A DNA stretch of 64,000 bases from Bigelowiella natans CCMP2755 (GCA_000320545.1 ADNK01001145.1:43336-107335); one strand, 5' to 3'; shown: positions 1 through 13,620, counted from the first letter of the stretch. Numbers and translations are program-made. The notes: generated by a model from the letters alone, not told the origin.

Positions 1-66
1 GTGTGTGTGTGTGTGTGTGTGTGTGCGTGCGTGTGCGTGTGCGTGCGTGTGCGTGTGCGCGTGCGT
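1..66. repeat. (TG)n/(TGCG)n microsatellite, intronic
   Basis: Visible directly. It is one of dozens of (CA/TG)n, (GA/TC)n and (TA)n tracts, mostly inside introns. Confidence 0.95.
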
Positions 67-549
67 GTTTTGTGTTGTTTGGGGGGTGGGACAAGTTTAT
101 TCTTGTATATGTCCATACGTGGCATCGATTCAAATGAATGTGAGCGCAACCTTATAGGAGATACCATCGCACCCGCGTCGCTAGTCATCCTACGACGGCA
201 GAAAAACAGAACCAAATGCGGGAAAACCACAACACGCACGGATTATATGAAGAACGATGTTCTTGACTTTCAAGGACATCAGGGCTACTTGTCAATAGCA
301 CAGCATTCCTCCAAGGCTTGCAGTTCATATCATGACAGAATAGATACCACCGCAGTAGTTGTATTCTCAGCGAAGGTAGTGTTGTACCCGTCATACCGTG
401 CTGTTAGCTGCCCTGTAGACGTGCAATCGAAGAACGCGATGTCCTGAGATGATAGCGTGACCAAAAGCACGCCCATCATTTGTGTACATGTTGTGTACTT
501 GGTCGAAGTTCTGACTAGTTTTTACATTGTAATGTGTGTGCTTGTGTGC

Positions 550-586
<37 letters not shown>

Positions 587-662
587 TGCGTACCTGTTTG
601 ATAATACTGGAAAATATTTGGTTGCGAACGCGAATACCGATTTTCCGCCCCACCTGCGCACG

Positions 663-700
<38 letters not shown>

Positions 701-1253
701 CCCATCTTACATCACACGAAATGTTTCAGTATGGCCTTTAAGGCCTACAATATTCCTCTAGTTTCTCTTTGCAAGATTTCTCGTCCTTCAACCTCGCCAC
801 AACCCCTGCTCGATCCCCCACCCCCCCCCCCCCCTCACTTACGATGCGGAAGCATGTGTTGCGAATCGCCCCAAAGACACCAGTGAGAACTGACAAGCCC
901 TGATGATAGAGTCCACCGAACCGAGTAAACATCGATTACGATGATGATCATGATGATGATGATGATGATATGGTGGCAAAAGTGGAAAAAGGAGGGGATG
1001 GCGATGACACAAAGCGTTGATGCGGAATACGTTAGATCCGCTACGACACTCGACACTCGCTGATATTCTACTTTTTAAGCCATTGGATAGACACGATTGA
1101 GGGTTTCTTTCGTGTGTTTTTTGGTGGTTAATGAGTATCTGCACGGCAACAACAACAACAACAACGAGTACTCTACCACGAATATGCGAATGTCCATCTC
1201 AAATTGGCCCTGTGGATGATACAGAAAGACAACGTCTGTGTGTATTCTGTGCA

Positions 1254-1285
<32 letters not shown>

Positions 1286-4200
1286 AAGAGGGAGAGAAAG
1301 AGAATAAGATAGAAAGAGAGAGAGAGAGAGGGAGAGAGAGAGAGGGAGAGGGAGAGGGAGAAAGAGAGGGAGAAAGAGATAGTAGTCAAGGATGGTTGGA
1401 ACATGATCAGCTACACATTTAACACCCACTAGCGAAGAACCGAATATAATTCTCACTCTACATCTCTAATCTGCTGCTTTTGTTGGAGACGTAGTACCCT
1501 ATCTTTGTCCACGACGCTTTGCACGACAGCCCCTTGATATTTTGGTAAGGCAAGTGTCGCTGCTGAGCTTATCTGTGCGTTGAGGATAAAATAGAGGGGG
1601 GAGGGAATAGAAGTCCTGCCGTCAAACAAGAAAAGGTAGCTGATCTATCCATCTAAGCAGCTCTGAGATTAATTGCGGTTAAGTGCATAACGAACATAGA
1701 AACACAACACACACACTCACACACACACACACACACAACACACACACACACACAAATAACCATATACATACTATACACACACACACACATTATGACGTCC
1801 ACACGTCGCACGTGATTCAAGAACTCACCGCAAGGCAGACAGTAGCGACCAGTAGCAGCGGCCATTCCGGGCGCCCCAGGCCAACCGCCACCATTAGATA
1901 TGTTCTCGTGTCCATTTCCTCGCCCTTTCGGACAGCATTGATGCTCCGTATATTGCCCCCCCCCTTCGAGGCGACCTTTTTCCTTTTCCTCGTCCCCTTC
2001 GAAGAGGAGGGCGTGTTACTCCGACTTCTAAATCCATGTCTGCTGCTCGCACTACCGCGATCTTTCCTTTCTCCAACGTCCTCAGCACCCCCTCCCCCCC
2101 CTCTTCTAGCGAACTCCTTTTCCTCGACGTAGGCCTTCCCCAGCAGCGCACTCCCCTCCCCTCGTTCCTTGCTGTCCTCTTTGCCCTCGTTGATCATCGT
2201 GCTGGTGCGTCTGGCTCTTTCCCTCTTTTGCTGTTTTTTCAGGTGCTCGCGAAAGCAGAGAACGCAAGCGTTATATCCCGCCGCGACCTGCCAACCGCCG
2301 AAAGAATGAAAACGTTCCAGCACGTCGTTTAATGAGAGAAGGAAGGGGGGGGGGGGAGTAGCGAGGAGGGTATGGAATTGTAAATTGGTTGATAAAATAG
2401 CATGTAATTTCTCTCTCAGGCATGGGAAAACATAGCAAGGAAAGTAATGATGGCAAAATTCGCAGAATGCAACACGAAGCAAATCGATCTTGCCCTTCCT
2501 CTGCATCTTTCAGTTGTTCTGTCTGTCGCTGCCTCTACTGCGGGGTGTAGGCCGCGACGGTGCGTGCACGCGGTCTACTACTGACTACCCATGCTTTCTC
2601 TGTGCGGATGCGGTTACTGCAGTTGGAGCACTTCGATCGATTGGGGAGGGCATAGTTCAGGGGACGCGGATGCAGGCTGCGAACGAGTACACCCTTGGTA
2701 GTATTATTAGACAGAAAAATAGTTGAGGGTGCTAGCAAGATTAGAACTTGCGCGATTGCATCGAGTAGTATAGCTGCTACTGGACGGCTCTGGAAAAAGG
2801 CTGATGATGAGAGATGTAGAATCGCACCTTCGGCATGACGACAGAGGCTATAGATCACAGCGGTAGCAGGGAAGGCGGGGGAGGGGGAGGGGGAGGGGGA
2901 GGGGATTGGGTTCAGAGTGGAAGGGAGTCAAGAAAGGAAGAATGTATTAATTAGGACAACGTTAGTTATTATGCAACGGAAAGATGGAAAAGGAACTGCT
3001 GAAGCGAGTATGGGTTTGATGAGGCTCTACCGACGAAGTTCTTCGAGCAGATGAAACCCATGTTTATGAAGAGAACCGAGACGCTCATCAGCACGCCCTG
3101 CGAGCTACCACACCCACGCATTCATTGATTCAATCACTGCCATTATATGAAATATCCCTTTTGAAAATTGAAGGCGTCTTCTCCGCCCCCCCCCCGCCTC
3201 CCCACTCCCCTTTCGATATGGACTGCATTCGATATTGGGGCGGGCGAGGAATAAAAGCTGCTGTGTCATTGGTGATGTTAGTAGTAGTGGTAGTGGTAGC
3301 TATCATACCTCGTATCGGTGAAGTCAAAACAGACGCACTTAATCCCTAAAAATGAGCCAACATGTTTGAAAAAAAACAGCTGCATATGGGTGAAGATACG
3401 AGCAGATGTTATATAGGCGAAAATGTGCTCTGCTGGAGCATTCAGCTTGTGTCGACGTGGGTCTCATGATGATTGCATTTCTTCTTACCATTCGAGCGAT
3501 ATGGGGTAAACAAAGCAATTAGGGAATTACTCTCACTGGACACAGTGATGACAGCGCCGTGCTAGAAAGCACGGCGTATTGCAGGGGGAAATTCATGTTT
3601 TGGCTGTATCATGAGAGCTGATGACTCAATGGGGTCAGTTTCAGCACCTGTGTACACGGAAATCGCTGTGATGATAGTAAAGAGGAGGGCCAGCACCAAG
3701 TTACGCTTGATGGATATCTGAGTCTATTTGGCGGCCAAGATCACGGGGCATGGGGGAAGGGGGGGGGGAGTAGAATTTAGTTTCAATAACTGCATGGTGC
3801 TTTCGATTTTTGCACTGCGAGAATACTCTGCACATTGCGGGAAGACATTTTAAGAACAATCACATGGGAAAATAAACAAAACAAAAAAGACTAAGAAGAG
3901 GAGGGGGTGGCATGAAATTGCAACTGCCTCTTTTCTGTCGTTCTCCGCCTCTAAGTCCTGCTGCGACTTGCGATTCCTCGCCCGAGCACCGGGGGAATGA
4001 AACAGAACGGAATCGTCATCTCCACTATGCCGCATGGAGTGTTCGGCCCCGCTGCTATCAGCGCCCAGTTTCGTGTCTCGCACGCCCTTTTCCTCCGCAT
4101 CCGCATCCTCCTCCTCGCCCTTGCTGTCTAGCAACGTGTACTGCATTCCACCCCCGTTAATGCCGCCCCCGCCGTTGATTGTTGTAGAAATGTTGGCAGT

Positions 4201-5313
4201 TCTCTTCGCTTTAGCACGAACCTGTTTCTGCCCTCTATTAAGCAACGATGACGCTGCGCTGCTGCTGAATAAGGAATCCCTCGCCCCGCCTCTTCCCTAT
4301 CAAAAATAGGACAGCAGTTATTTGCCAGGCAGTACTTGACTGTTCGCAGAGGCATCGTCAGAGACGCACAATTACGTGGAGCAAAATACCTTTATGGAAT
4401 CCCCAGCGACAACGTTCGTCAGCGGTCGGTCAGCTTCGCCTTTTACTCTCTCGCCCATCACACGGTTGCTTTCTTCCTCGAATACGCTCGACGACCTACG
4501 CACATATACGCACATCCCAGCACATATATTCAAGCCTGTACGTGTCTGTGGTTGTGGGTGTGGGTGTGTGTGTGCTCACGCGCGCGCGTGGTTGCTGATA
4601 TCAATATAGCATTGCTACAGCTTACATAAGAGAGAAGAAGGGAAATGGGGGAAGCAACTCGGTGTGAGCTACTATTCTAATCTAAAACTAAAAAGAAAGT
4701 GTGCGATGTTCAATATAGCATCGCTAGCGGAACCGCAAAAGGATGATGGTCTCCTATCCTACAAAAGGAAGAGAAAGGGAGAAATTTGTTCTTCTATTAA
4801 GGGTTTCGAAAGTTGTTTGGAAAATTAGGATGCCGAGCCCAACTTTTACTCGCAAGGGGAGGCAAGGGGAGGCTGAATACGTTACTTGAATTTGCAGGCT
4901 ATAGGAACCAGAATGATAATAGCAATAAGCCGGATGACGTAAGCGATAACAAGATCCGCTATTTGTTCGAAACAAGAGCACATTTGATAGTGGACGAGGA
5001 CGGTGATGATTGTGTAAATGATGTGTGGTTAAAGGTAATCCTGACGAGTCCTTTATATGTCTTTCGGCGTGTCAATGGCCTCCGAAACTCTTCGAAATTT
5101 TGGTGAATTAGAGCCTACATTACTCTCACATTCCGATTTCCTCCCCTCAATGGAAACCGTCGTCGTACCCGTTGAATGCTTGTAGTTCATAATCGCCCTC
5201 TCGAAGAAGTGGTCAAGATGAGAGCCAGCATCCTTTCCCTTCCCATCGGTGAAGGCGTAAAGGGTCAGGACGCAAACTAGGTCGAAAAACATCGCCAGCA
5301 GTAGCTTGATCAT
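1..5313 (-). CDS. ABCB-type (TAP/ABCB9/ABCB10-like) half ABC transporter; multi-exon, 3' part including the NBD lies beyond the left edge
   Basis: Spliced minus-strand exons give ...GLGRPEWPLLLVATVCLA|ISSAATLALPKYQGAVVQSVVDKDR|...|GLSVLTGVFGAIRNTCFRI|VGRKIGIRVRNQIFSSIIKQ (594-653)|DIAFFDCTSTGQLTAR (397-443)|MTSDAGAMVSPIR. This is the ABC_membrane TMD pattern. Upstream hydrophobic exons (MIKLLLAMFFDLVCVLTLYAF; ADLVIAYVIRLIAIIILVPIAC) suggest a long N-terminal extension. The start codon is uncertain. Confidence 0.85.
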
Positions 5314-6372
5314 GTTTCTCTGTTGCTCGGTTTTCTTCCGATCAGTTTTGTCCCCAGAGACAGCTTCGTCTATGAACAAAAGGCAGTCAGTGTGCTGCGA
5401 TCAGCAAAACAACCGCGGCGGGGGCACTGAAAACAAGCTGTTACTCAAGTCTACCTGTAAGTGTGCCCTCCCCACTCTCCGTCCTTGCCCGAACCCGGCC
5501 TTTCCTTGCACCTGCCCTTCTAGCCGAAGAGGCGTCCGATGCCATGATTGTTCCGTCTGTGTGCCGATACCCAGTTCCATCAATTGAATGCGAATGCAGG
5601 CGATTTAATCTGTAATGATTTTTCGAAATCAAGTCGCAGGGGAAAATAGCAGTGACCTTTCTCTGAATCATGGAGGGCGTGGATGAGTTGCCACAAGCCC
5701 CATGATCCTTTTCAGGCTGTGCCATCGGAAACGTTCGATCTACGCATGATTGGACAAAAGATGCGACAATGCACATGTGTCTGTTGTTTGGGAAGTCGCA
5801 ATGAACATGAATGAACACATTCGTGCTTGGCTTTCGGCGGTTGGGCGTGTGAACGCGCACGCGCGCCGTGGCAATTCCCTCATCATCGCATTCACACATG
5901 CGTTGGTGTCTGCATGCGTGCTCCTTCCCAGCCCTTGCTTCAGAAGTTGTGGTGTGTGCACGCTCAAGGTGGACAAGGCCAACTCATTCACTCAGTCAGC
6001 CAGCAAGCTAGCAAGTGCTCTGTTGCTCTGTCTAGCTGTGCTTGCATGTGGTGCTCTGCTAGCTAGCCTGTAGCGATGCCGAGCGATTCAGGCACATCAT
6101 CTCGGAAAGTGGTGCTGCGGCGGTCTCCTTCAACATTTAGATACCCGTAGACGTGCAAGCCTCGGATGAAATGCGAACAGGAAGAAATTTGGCACTGCGC
6201 AAAACAAAATAATTGGCGGCACTGCTAGACTGCGCAATGTGTGAATCCAAAAAATGAGTGAAAACATTTCCACGGGCTGCTTTGCTGAAATGCTACCGAT
6301 TAATTATTGTGTACCTCAGAACAAGACATTGAGGCATCTCAATCACTGCATGTTGCTGTGATTCAATGATCG

Positions 6373-6563
6373 CTAAAGCTTGGACTGTGGAATAGTGATG
6401 CTAACTGCCTCCGACCCTCCTCCGCGTTTCGCCGAGGCCGCCATTGCTCGCCTGTACCTCCAGAGGATTTCCGGCTCTTTAATGGCTTCTAAGCTAGGAT
6501 CTTGCGGAGGAAACGTGCCCTCATGATCGAAGAACACAACCTGAGTGAGCACATAGAAGTAGA

Positions 6564-6595
<32 letters not shown>

Positions 6596-7120
6596 AATGC
6601 CTTTTCGGCGACGAATAATCAGCTCTTTCTCCCTTACCCGACCCTCTCATCCGAGCTTTTCTCTTCTTCCCCCTTCATTCGCGAATCTTCAAATCACCTG
6701 AATCGTGATGTCGTCGTGAAGGCGGCGCCTATTCCTTCCCTGCGGCAGTCGCACAAAGTAGTCTAGAAGGCCAGGGGTCTCACCCCCCAGACCCGAAGAC
6801 ACTGCAGCCGCTGCCAATGCCTACGCGGTATGGAAAATGTATAATGAATGACGAACAATCACCGCTCTGATGTATCAATGTGTCTCGAAAACCACGCCAA
6901 CTAAAATATATTTTCAGGCCAGCAGCAAGATGTGCACCGGATAACGGTTGGCAAAACCTACCCCACCTTCTTCGTCAGCCAGGTTGCTGCGTTATGGCCT
7001 TGCTTGGCGTCAGGGGAGGCATTCAGGAACTCTTGCACACCATCGACAACCTGTACATGAGGTGGAAATCCAGTCACACAGGAAGACGGTGATGGCTGTG
7101 GCCATGGGCCGAACGAATTA

Positions 7121-7167
<47 letters not shown>

Positions 7168-7784
7168 GCAGCTTTGCTGCGCTCACGCAGCTGCAGATTT
7201 AGCAAGTACGACTTGCGCGGAGGTTAGATCTTCGAAAAGCCCATCGCATGCCAGTACCAAAAATTTGTGAGATCTAAAAAGGAAACGGAAGGGTAAGGGG
7301 AGTTGGGGGGGAGGTGACTACGGTAGTCGGAACATAAATGGGCAAGGTAGTATTGCAAATCTTGTTCAACTTTACGAGCCTTCTAAATTTTATTCTACAC
7401 ATCGTGTTCTCGGTACACTCGTCGCTGCTATCGTTGTCGGCTGTGACGGCAGCGGCGATGCTATTGGCGATGCTATTGTTGTCGTTGTTGTTGCCATTCG
7501 CTCTCAGTTTTTTGTACTACTTGTTGAGCGTCCGTTCCGATGTTTCCGGTTCTGCTGTCACGTACGGCGCGGTCCAACCCGTCTCTCCTACAGCGTTAAG
7601 TAAGCGGGTGAGTATGCAACGATGATGATAGTTGCCGGGCGTGCAGGATGCAATTTGAAAGACTTTTTTTTTGGCGTCTGGAGCAAGAGAAACAAGTGCA
7701 AATGGCTACTATCTTCGAGCGATGAGTTCTGGCAGCCTTGACAAATAGTGAGTGTTTGTACATTTCGGCCTCTCCCTCTCTCCC

Positions 7785-7835
<51 letters not shown>

Positions 7836-8898
7836 TTCAATGTTTGTTTCTTTTCTCGTACGTACGATATCGCTGCACAAGGCGAGGAAACAAGTTGAAG
7901 AATTTGTTGGACTTATACCTACAGTTGTCAATCACAGCAGCAGTAATGATGCACAGATCGGGGTGATAATTCCTTGAAGGAAACAAATGGTTAATATATA
8001 GATATTCAGACATACTTCCCGTCGCCAAACGCTCGCGTGGGTTCCAATCTCCCCTGAGGCAGCATCATGCATGCATGCGGCAGAATTAATACCAGCAATC
8101 GTTGGTGGAAAGACAATAGCGCGGGTTTGACCCGTTCAGACAAAAGACGATTAGTTGAATGTTAAGCGGCGGGTCGTTGGAGCGACGGTGGCCGCAGCGC
8201 GAAGCTGCAGAGTTGTTGATGAGTGTGGCACCTTAACTCTTGACCGATATATCACATCCATTTCTCCTGGATGCTCGCGTATCAGCCTCTCCTTCTCTTT
8301 CTAAAATGGCGATTGCAAAATAGAGATTTTGGACGAATACACGTTAATTAAGGGTGGTTTCATGTTTTCTCCTTCTGCATCCCCCCCAAAGGAGGTGAGA
8401 GATAGAATGGGGGGCGGAGAGGACGGTTTAGTTGAAAACAGGGAAAGAATGCAAATGAAAGACGGTTTTCTGTTTAGCTACGTTTGCTCTCCAATTATTA
8501 TTTCTCGATATACAAAGTATCGCCTTACGGGATTTGTTGCGATTTGATGATCTTCGGTTAACTCGTCCGCCTTCATCGATCCCTATATGAGATGAGGAAA
8601 GGGGGGGGGGGGGGGGGCAACTAGATGTATCAGAAATAGAAGAACAAAAGAACTGGTGAGTGCTAGCCAACATTGCACGGTTTAAAAGCCATCAAAATGC
8701 ATCATCAAGAGGTCGCTTCGCGTGCCACCGTGAGGGGTGTAAGGAAGGTAGATTTCCCAAGAATCGCTCTGCAGTCCCCTGCCCACGCAGTTGTGAGGTT
8801 GCTCCCGTCCACATGACAGACAACGGCACACGCGCTGATAAAAGATCCATGTTTACATAATGTGTAGGTCGCGTAGAAAAGTAGTAGCTTAGTGAATG

Positions 8899-8970
<72 letters not shown>

Positions 8971-10057
8971 CTATACAGTTTATTGAATGCGAATCATCAT
9001 CGCTAGATCGGCGCCACTTATACACCAGATCGGAATGTCATCCGCTATGTTTTTCTTCTCCCACGTCCTTCTACTCTGCTACTACTGCACTACGCAGCCA
9101 AAAACCCAAACAAAGCTAAATAATACGAAACAACAATAAAATACCCTGCATTTCCATCCCGAAATCTCTTGTCCTGTTGCAAGACGAATTTGTCGCGTCG
9201 CATTGGATCAACCCGTCGTTCGCACACGGCAGCACACAACACGCCCACACACGCGCAAATGACCAGCACGGCTACTGTCCTTCCCACGAAACCCCACCAT
9301 CCCCCCCACCCTCTCCTCCTCCCCGGGCAACAGCGGCCATCATCCAGCAGCATACGGCTACTGCGAGTGATGATGTGCGAGGCCGAAAGCATGAGAACAC
9401 CGAAGACCACGCCTACAGCACCGCCTATGGCCAATATGACTGAGACGCTAAGGACACGTTGCAATGCCTTCGCGCATATCAGGATCATAACCAGCAGCAG
9501 ATAGCACCAACCAGCATCCACACTCAACGGCAAAGGCTGTGCGGGTAACATTCAAAGCACCCCACAGAGAAAGGGCGTGGAAAAGCAGCAACCTTCCTGC
9601 ATGTTTTGGCATGGCGTCTATCTCCTCTATCCCCTGCCCGTTCTCAACCCGCCCCGTTCTTCCTTCCCCCCCCCCCCCCACTACCAGATATGCCATTTGT
9701 AGAAATGCGTCGTCTGCCTCGACGAAGGAGGAGGGTGATAGAAGCCTCGTATCACCTGCAAGGATGAACTTCGTTGGAAAGGGAATGTATGGTAGTAGCT
9801 GGGGTCGCTTGTGGTTCAGGCACTTGACGAATCGACTGTTTTGCCACAACAGAAACACGCCTTTGATTGACCTCCGTCATCTTTGGAGAGCCGCTGCTTG
9901 AACTCGAGGATGTCAAACAGCTCGTCACGACAAAAGGCGCTAATCACAAAAAAAGAAGAGGAGAAGAAGAAGAAATAGTAGTAGATGAGTTCGGTACTAG
10001 AACTCACAGGAAATTTCATTGTAATTTGTATATGTAAACATAAATATATACATATAT

Positions 10058-10088
<31 letters not shown>

Positions 10089-10158
10089 CGAGGCTGCTCT
10101 TCCCTTATTGAAAAGCAGCTCTCCTTGGACATCCTCACCATCATCATCACCACCACAC

Positions 10159-10194
<36 letters not shown>

Positions 10195-11074
10195 CATTAT
10201 CACACACCTGCATCCTCCTCCAGAATGTCCGTCGTAGACACCAAATAAGCTGCCGCTGGATTGCTACGGAAGGTAGAGGAAACAACACATACTTCAACAG
10301 GCCACTCGCTTTAGTGGGTACGCCGACGTACCCCAAAACCCGCTGCTAAACTCGGTTATATATGAATTCTGTCACATTTTCAAAATTTGTCTTTCTTATG
10401 CTTCCGTTCTCCTCCCCTTGCCTTACCCCCCTCCCCTTCAGATTGCACAACCCAGCATCTATTGACCTTTAGCTGGATTCGCATCGCGCTCGTGTCTTCT
10501 ATCGGATCATTAGCGGGGTACCTTTTGTCAGAAAGAGCGGGAAGGAGAGGAGTGTGTAGGGTAGACAACAGTGAGATTTGAACACAGCACCGTGAACAAC
10601 GATTTAGGAGGCCGGTAACAATCTCTATCACCAGTTTGTGTGGATTTCTTTGATAAGCCCCTTCTCTACCTTCATGGTGGCCTGCATTCATAACGAATTG
10701 CGTGTAAAGGGAGACAATGTGAGCTTCGCGCGGTGTCAACTTTCGCAAAAATCTGCAGCGACCGCCAACGCGACGAGATAGAAATGAATTATGGAAGTGG
10801 CTCTATTGGGGAATACGCGGAGTGTCGGGGGATTGGTCATTTCTACCTGGTTACGACAGATTGCGGCATCGTGATCCTCCGCAGAAGACTTCCCTGCGAT
10901 AGCACAGCCCTACGCAAACAAAGCGTCAACGCGGAATAGGACACGAACCGCACCGAAGCACAATTTGATGAGCATCGCCAATCACCCCCACGCTTCTTGT
11001 GACTGATAAACCTTTATAGCCCCAAATGCGCCTGCAGCAGCCAGGGCGCACTTCAGTTGCAGCCGACGATGCAT
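6373..11074 (-). CDS. PP2C/PPM family phosphatase, pyruvate dehydrogenase phosphatase-like; multi-exon
   Basis: Exon peptides in order: YPANDPIED, LFGVYDGHSGGGCS, GACAVVCHVDGSNLTTAWAGDCRAILG, ELTEDHQ, ERLIREHPGE, GRLEPTRAFGDG, APYVTAEPE, LVLACDGLFEDL, NAATWL, RRRLHDDITIQVVFFD. The N-terminus MHRRLQLKCALAAAGAFGAIK resembles a mitochondrial presequence. Confidence 0.9.
10160..10200. repeat. (TAT)n trinucleotide microsatellite in a PP2C intron
   Basis: ttattattattattattattattattattatcattat. Confidence 0.9.
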
Positions 11075-11591
11075 TTGATGTAGCCGATTTTGTGAAAGTC
11101 CTCAGCACAAAAAACGGTGGGGGGGACAGGGATCTGCAGCTCCACCGTTTCTGTTGATATCTTTCAGTTGTAATATTGTTGCAGCTACTGTTGCGCCTGT
11201 GAGACGAAGGTCATCTTTCTAGTTGGTAATTTTAGGTATTTTTGCCTCCATTTTCTAGAAAGTAACAGCAAGAACTGCGAGTGTTTCATAAATTTGAACT
11301 GTCTGTGGGATTTATTTTAGGCATTCCCGAAGGTATTTTTCGTTCGAAATAATGGCCCAACGAGGGGAAAGGAGAGGGACGAGATGTGAGATATTTAAAC
11401 GGCATCTTTCCTAGATGTGCATACGATCGCACTTGACGCCGTAAGTAAAACTCAAGGATAATTGCGAACGTTTGTTGGAATTTTTCTTAAACAGAGAATA
11501 TCCAAAACAAATAAGGATTTTATTAAGAGATAATTGTAAATATCCGAAAATCTCTTACGGCATTCCGAAACCACTTTCGAACACGCCCGCC

Positions 11592-13620
11592 ATGGCCTCC
11601 AGGCGAGAAAGAGATCTTCGAGAGCCACCGCGTGAGCGCGAGCGCCGCCCACCACCAGACACATCGAGACTATTCTCCCTCAAGGTGGATAATCTTAGCT
11701 TCAGAACGAGGCCGGAGGACTTGAAGGAGACGTTTGGAAAGTTTGGCACCGTGGCTGATGTGCACATCCCGAGAGATAGGTAGAAAGAATAGCACGGCGA
11801 ATGAGAGAATCGCAAATAGTTGGTCAAGAAGCCTGCACTGCTACTAAAATACGCACGATAATAGATTAAAAGTTTCTAGGATATACATAAATGTGTTGCC
11901 CTCCTTCCCATCTGTATTGAGAACACGGTCAGCCTCGTTCTCGCATTTTCATGCACAGACACGCACGCACACACGCACGTACGTACGCACGCAAGCGCGC
12001 GTATGGATGTAGTTTGCATTAATGCTTATCAAAGTATCGTCAATTCACCTTAGGTATACGGGAGAAAGTCGCGGGTTTGGTTTCGTCCGCTTTGAACGCC
12101 AGGTAATTGCATTGCACGAGAGCAGATTCCTTTTCTTAGCCGAAAAACACGCTGATGCTGTCAAAATGCACTCCCTCCCTCCCTCCCTTCCTTCCTATTT
12201 CCCCACCCCAGGGCGATGCGGATGACGCTGCGCGCGAGATGGATGGCTACAAGCTCGATGCGCGTAGACTGAAGGTGCAGATGGCGAAGTACAAGAAGCC
12301 AGCGGTGATGGGGGGCGGCTCCAGCCGTCCCCCGGAGCGGGGAGGGCCAGCCGGACGCGGCAGAGACCCTCGCGACAGCTATCCTGACAGCAGGGGCAGG
12401 GACTATCGCGATGGCCGTGATGCCTACGGGGGCCGCGATGGTCGCGACGACAGAAGATTCCGTGACCGAGGAGACGGGATGGATCGCGGCCGTGGCCCTC
12501 CTCGCCAAGACTACTACGACCGAGGTGACTACCGTATGCGCGATCGTCCTGGCGCTCGTGAGCGTTTCGACCCGCGCGATGGTTATCGCGGCGGTCGTGT
12601 AGAGTACGGGCGAGGGGGATACCGGGGGGGGGGCGACTACCGGGGGGGCGACTACCGAGCAGGTCGCGGCCGTGATGTACGCATGGAGCGTAATGTTCGC
12701 GATTATCCAGCAGCACGCTCTTTTGATACACGTGGCGGGGGTCGGATGAGTCGTGGAGGCCGCGCCGACCGGGGTCGGGATCGGGATCGGGATCGGGGTT
12801 ATCGTGGGGCAGGAGGGGAGGGACGAGGTCGTGAGCGTGAGCGTGATGACGCCGACCAGGAAGGACGCAAAGATAGGGAGAGAAGCCGCGCCGAAGCAAC
12901 ACGAAGGTGAATGATAAGGGCGGCTGTCGCTAGTGCATCGAAAGCAGCACCACGGCTGAAGCAGCAGCAGCAGCAGCAGCAGCAGCAAGCAGCAGCCTGT
13001 CATCAGTCTTTAGCAGCCGCGGCAGTAGCCAGTACTAGCGTCATTCAGAATAGCAGAATCATCATCATCAACAACATCATCATCATCATCACCATCCAGC
13101 AGTTATAAAATTAACAATCGGTGTAGTAGGTACTAGCTGCCACCTTGCCCATACACACATCCGCGCGCACACACAACACATCATCAGACTTGAAAATGCT
13201 CACACCCCGCCTTTTTCCTCCGGCCCATTTTCTCCACACTCACTTACACTTGTTGTGTGCGCGCGCTTGCTGCAAACCAGGCGTCCAAGGGAGGATTCGC
13301 TGGATAGGGGCAGGGGGGACAGACAACGACGACGCATTGATGAAGGTGGGGATGGTGATCGAAAGACCCGGCGGGGGGCCGAGGAGAAAGAAGACGATAG
13401 AGCCAAAGCCAGAGAAGAGAAGGGCGATGATTCTGAAAGGAAGGAGGGCGGTAATGATGGCGGCGACAAGGAGAAAGTAGAGGGGGGCGATGATACCGAA
13501 GAAGGGGCCAGCAGCAAGAAGGAAGGTACGGAAAAACAAAGCGATGGGGGCAAAGATCTCACCGTAGAGAATAGCAAAGACGATGAGTATGATGAAGATT
13601 CCCGACGGGGCGAAGAATAA
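11592..13620 (+). CDS. SRSF2: SR splicing factor, SC35/SRSF2-like RRM with RD/RG-rich and acidic C-terminus
   Basis: Exons 11592-11779, 12054-12102, 12212-12906 and 13281-13620, all GT-AG and phase-compatible. RRM: [11 protein letters not shown]...[16 protein letters not shown]|[13 protein letters not shown]...[26 protein letters not shown]. Confidence 0.9.
12958..12996. repeat. (CAG)n tract in the last intron of the SR gene
   Basis: gcagcagcagcagcagcagcagcagcaagcagcagc. Confidence 0.9.

Noticed and set aside
391-761. ORFs rich in HT/CV/YI/RE/SL dipeptide repeats here and throughout the window
   Set aside because: They are translations of intronic (CA)n, (TG)n, (TA)n and (GA)n microsatellites, not genes.
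4813-5106. Plus-strand ORF with coding-like composition
   Set aside because: It overlaps hydrophobic exons of the minus-strand ABC gene, which have GT-AG borders.
12161-13003. 280-aa and 235-aa minus-strand ORFs
   Set aside because: Antisense to the repetitive RD/RG exon of the SR gene.
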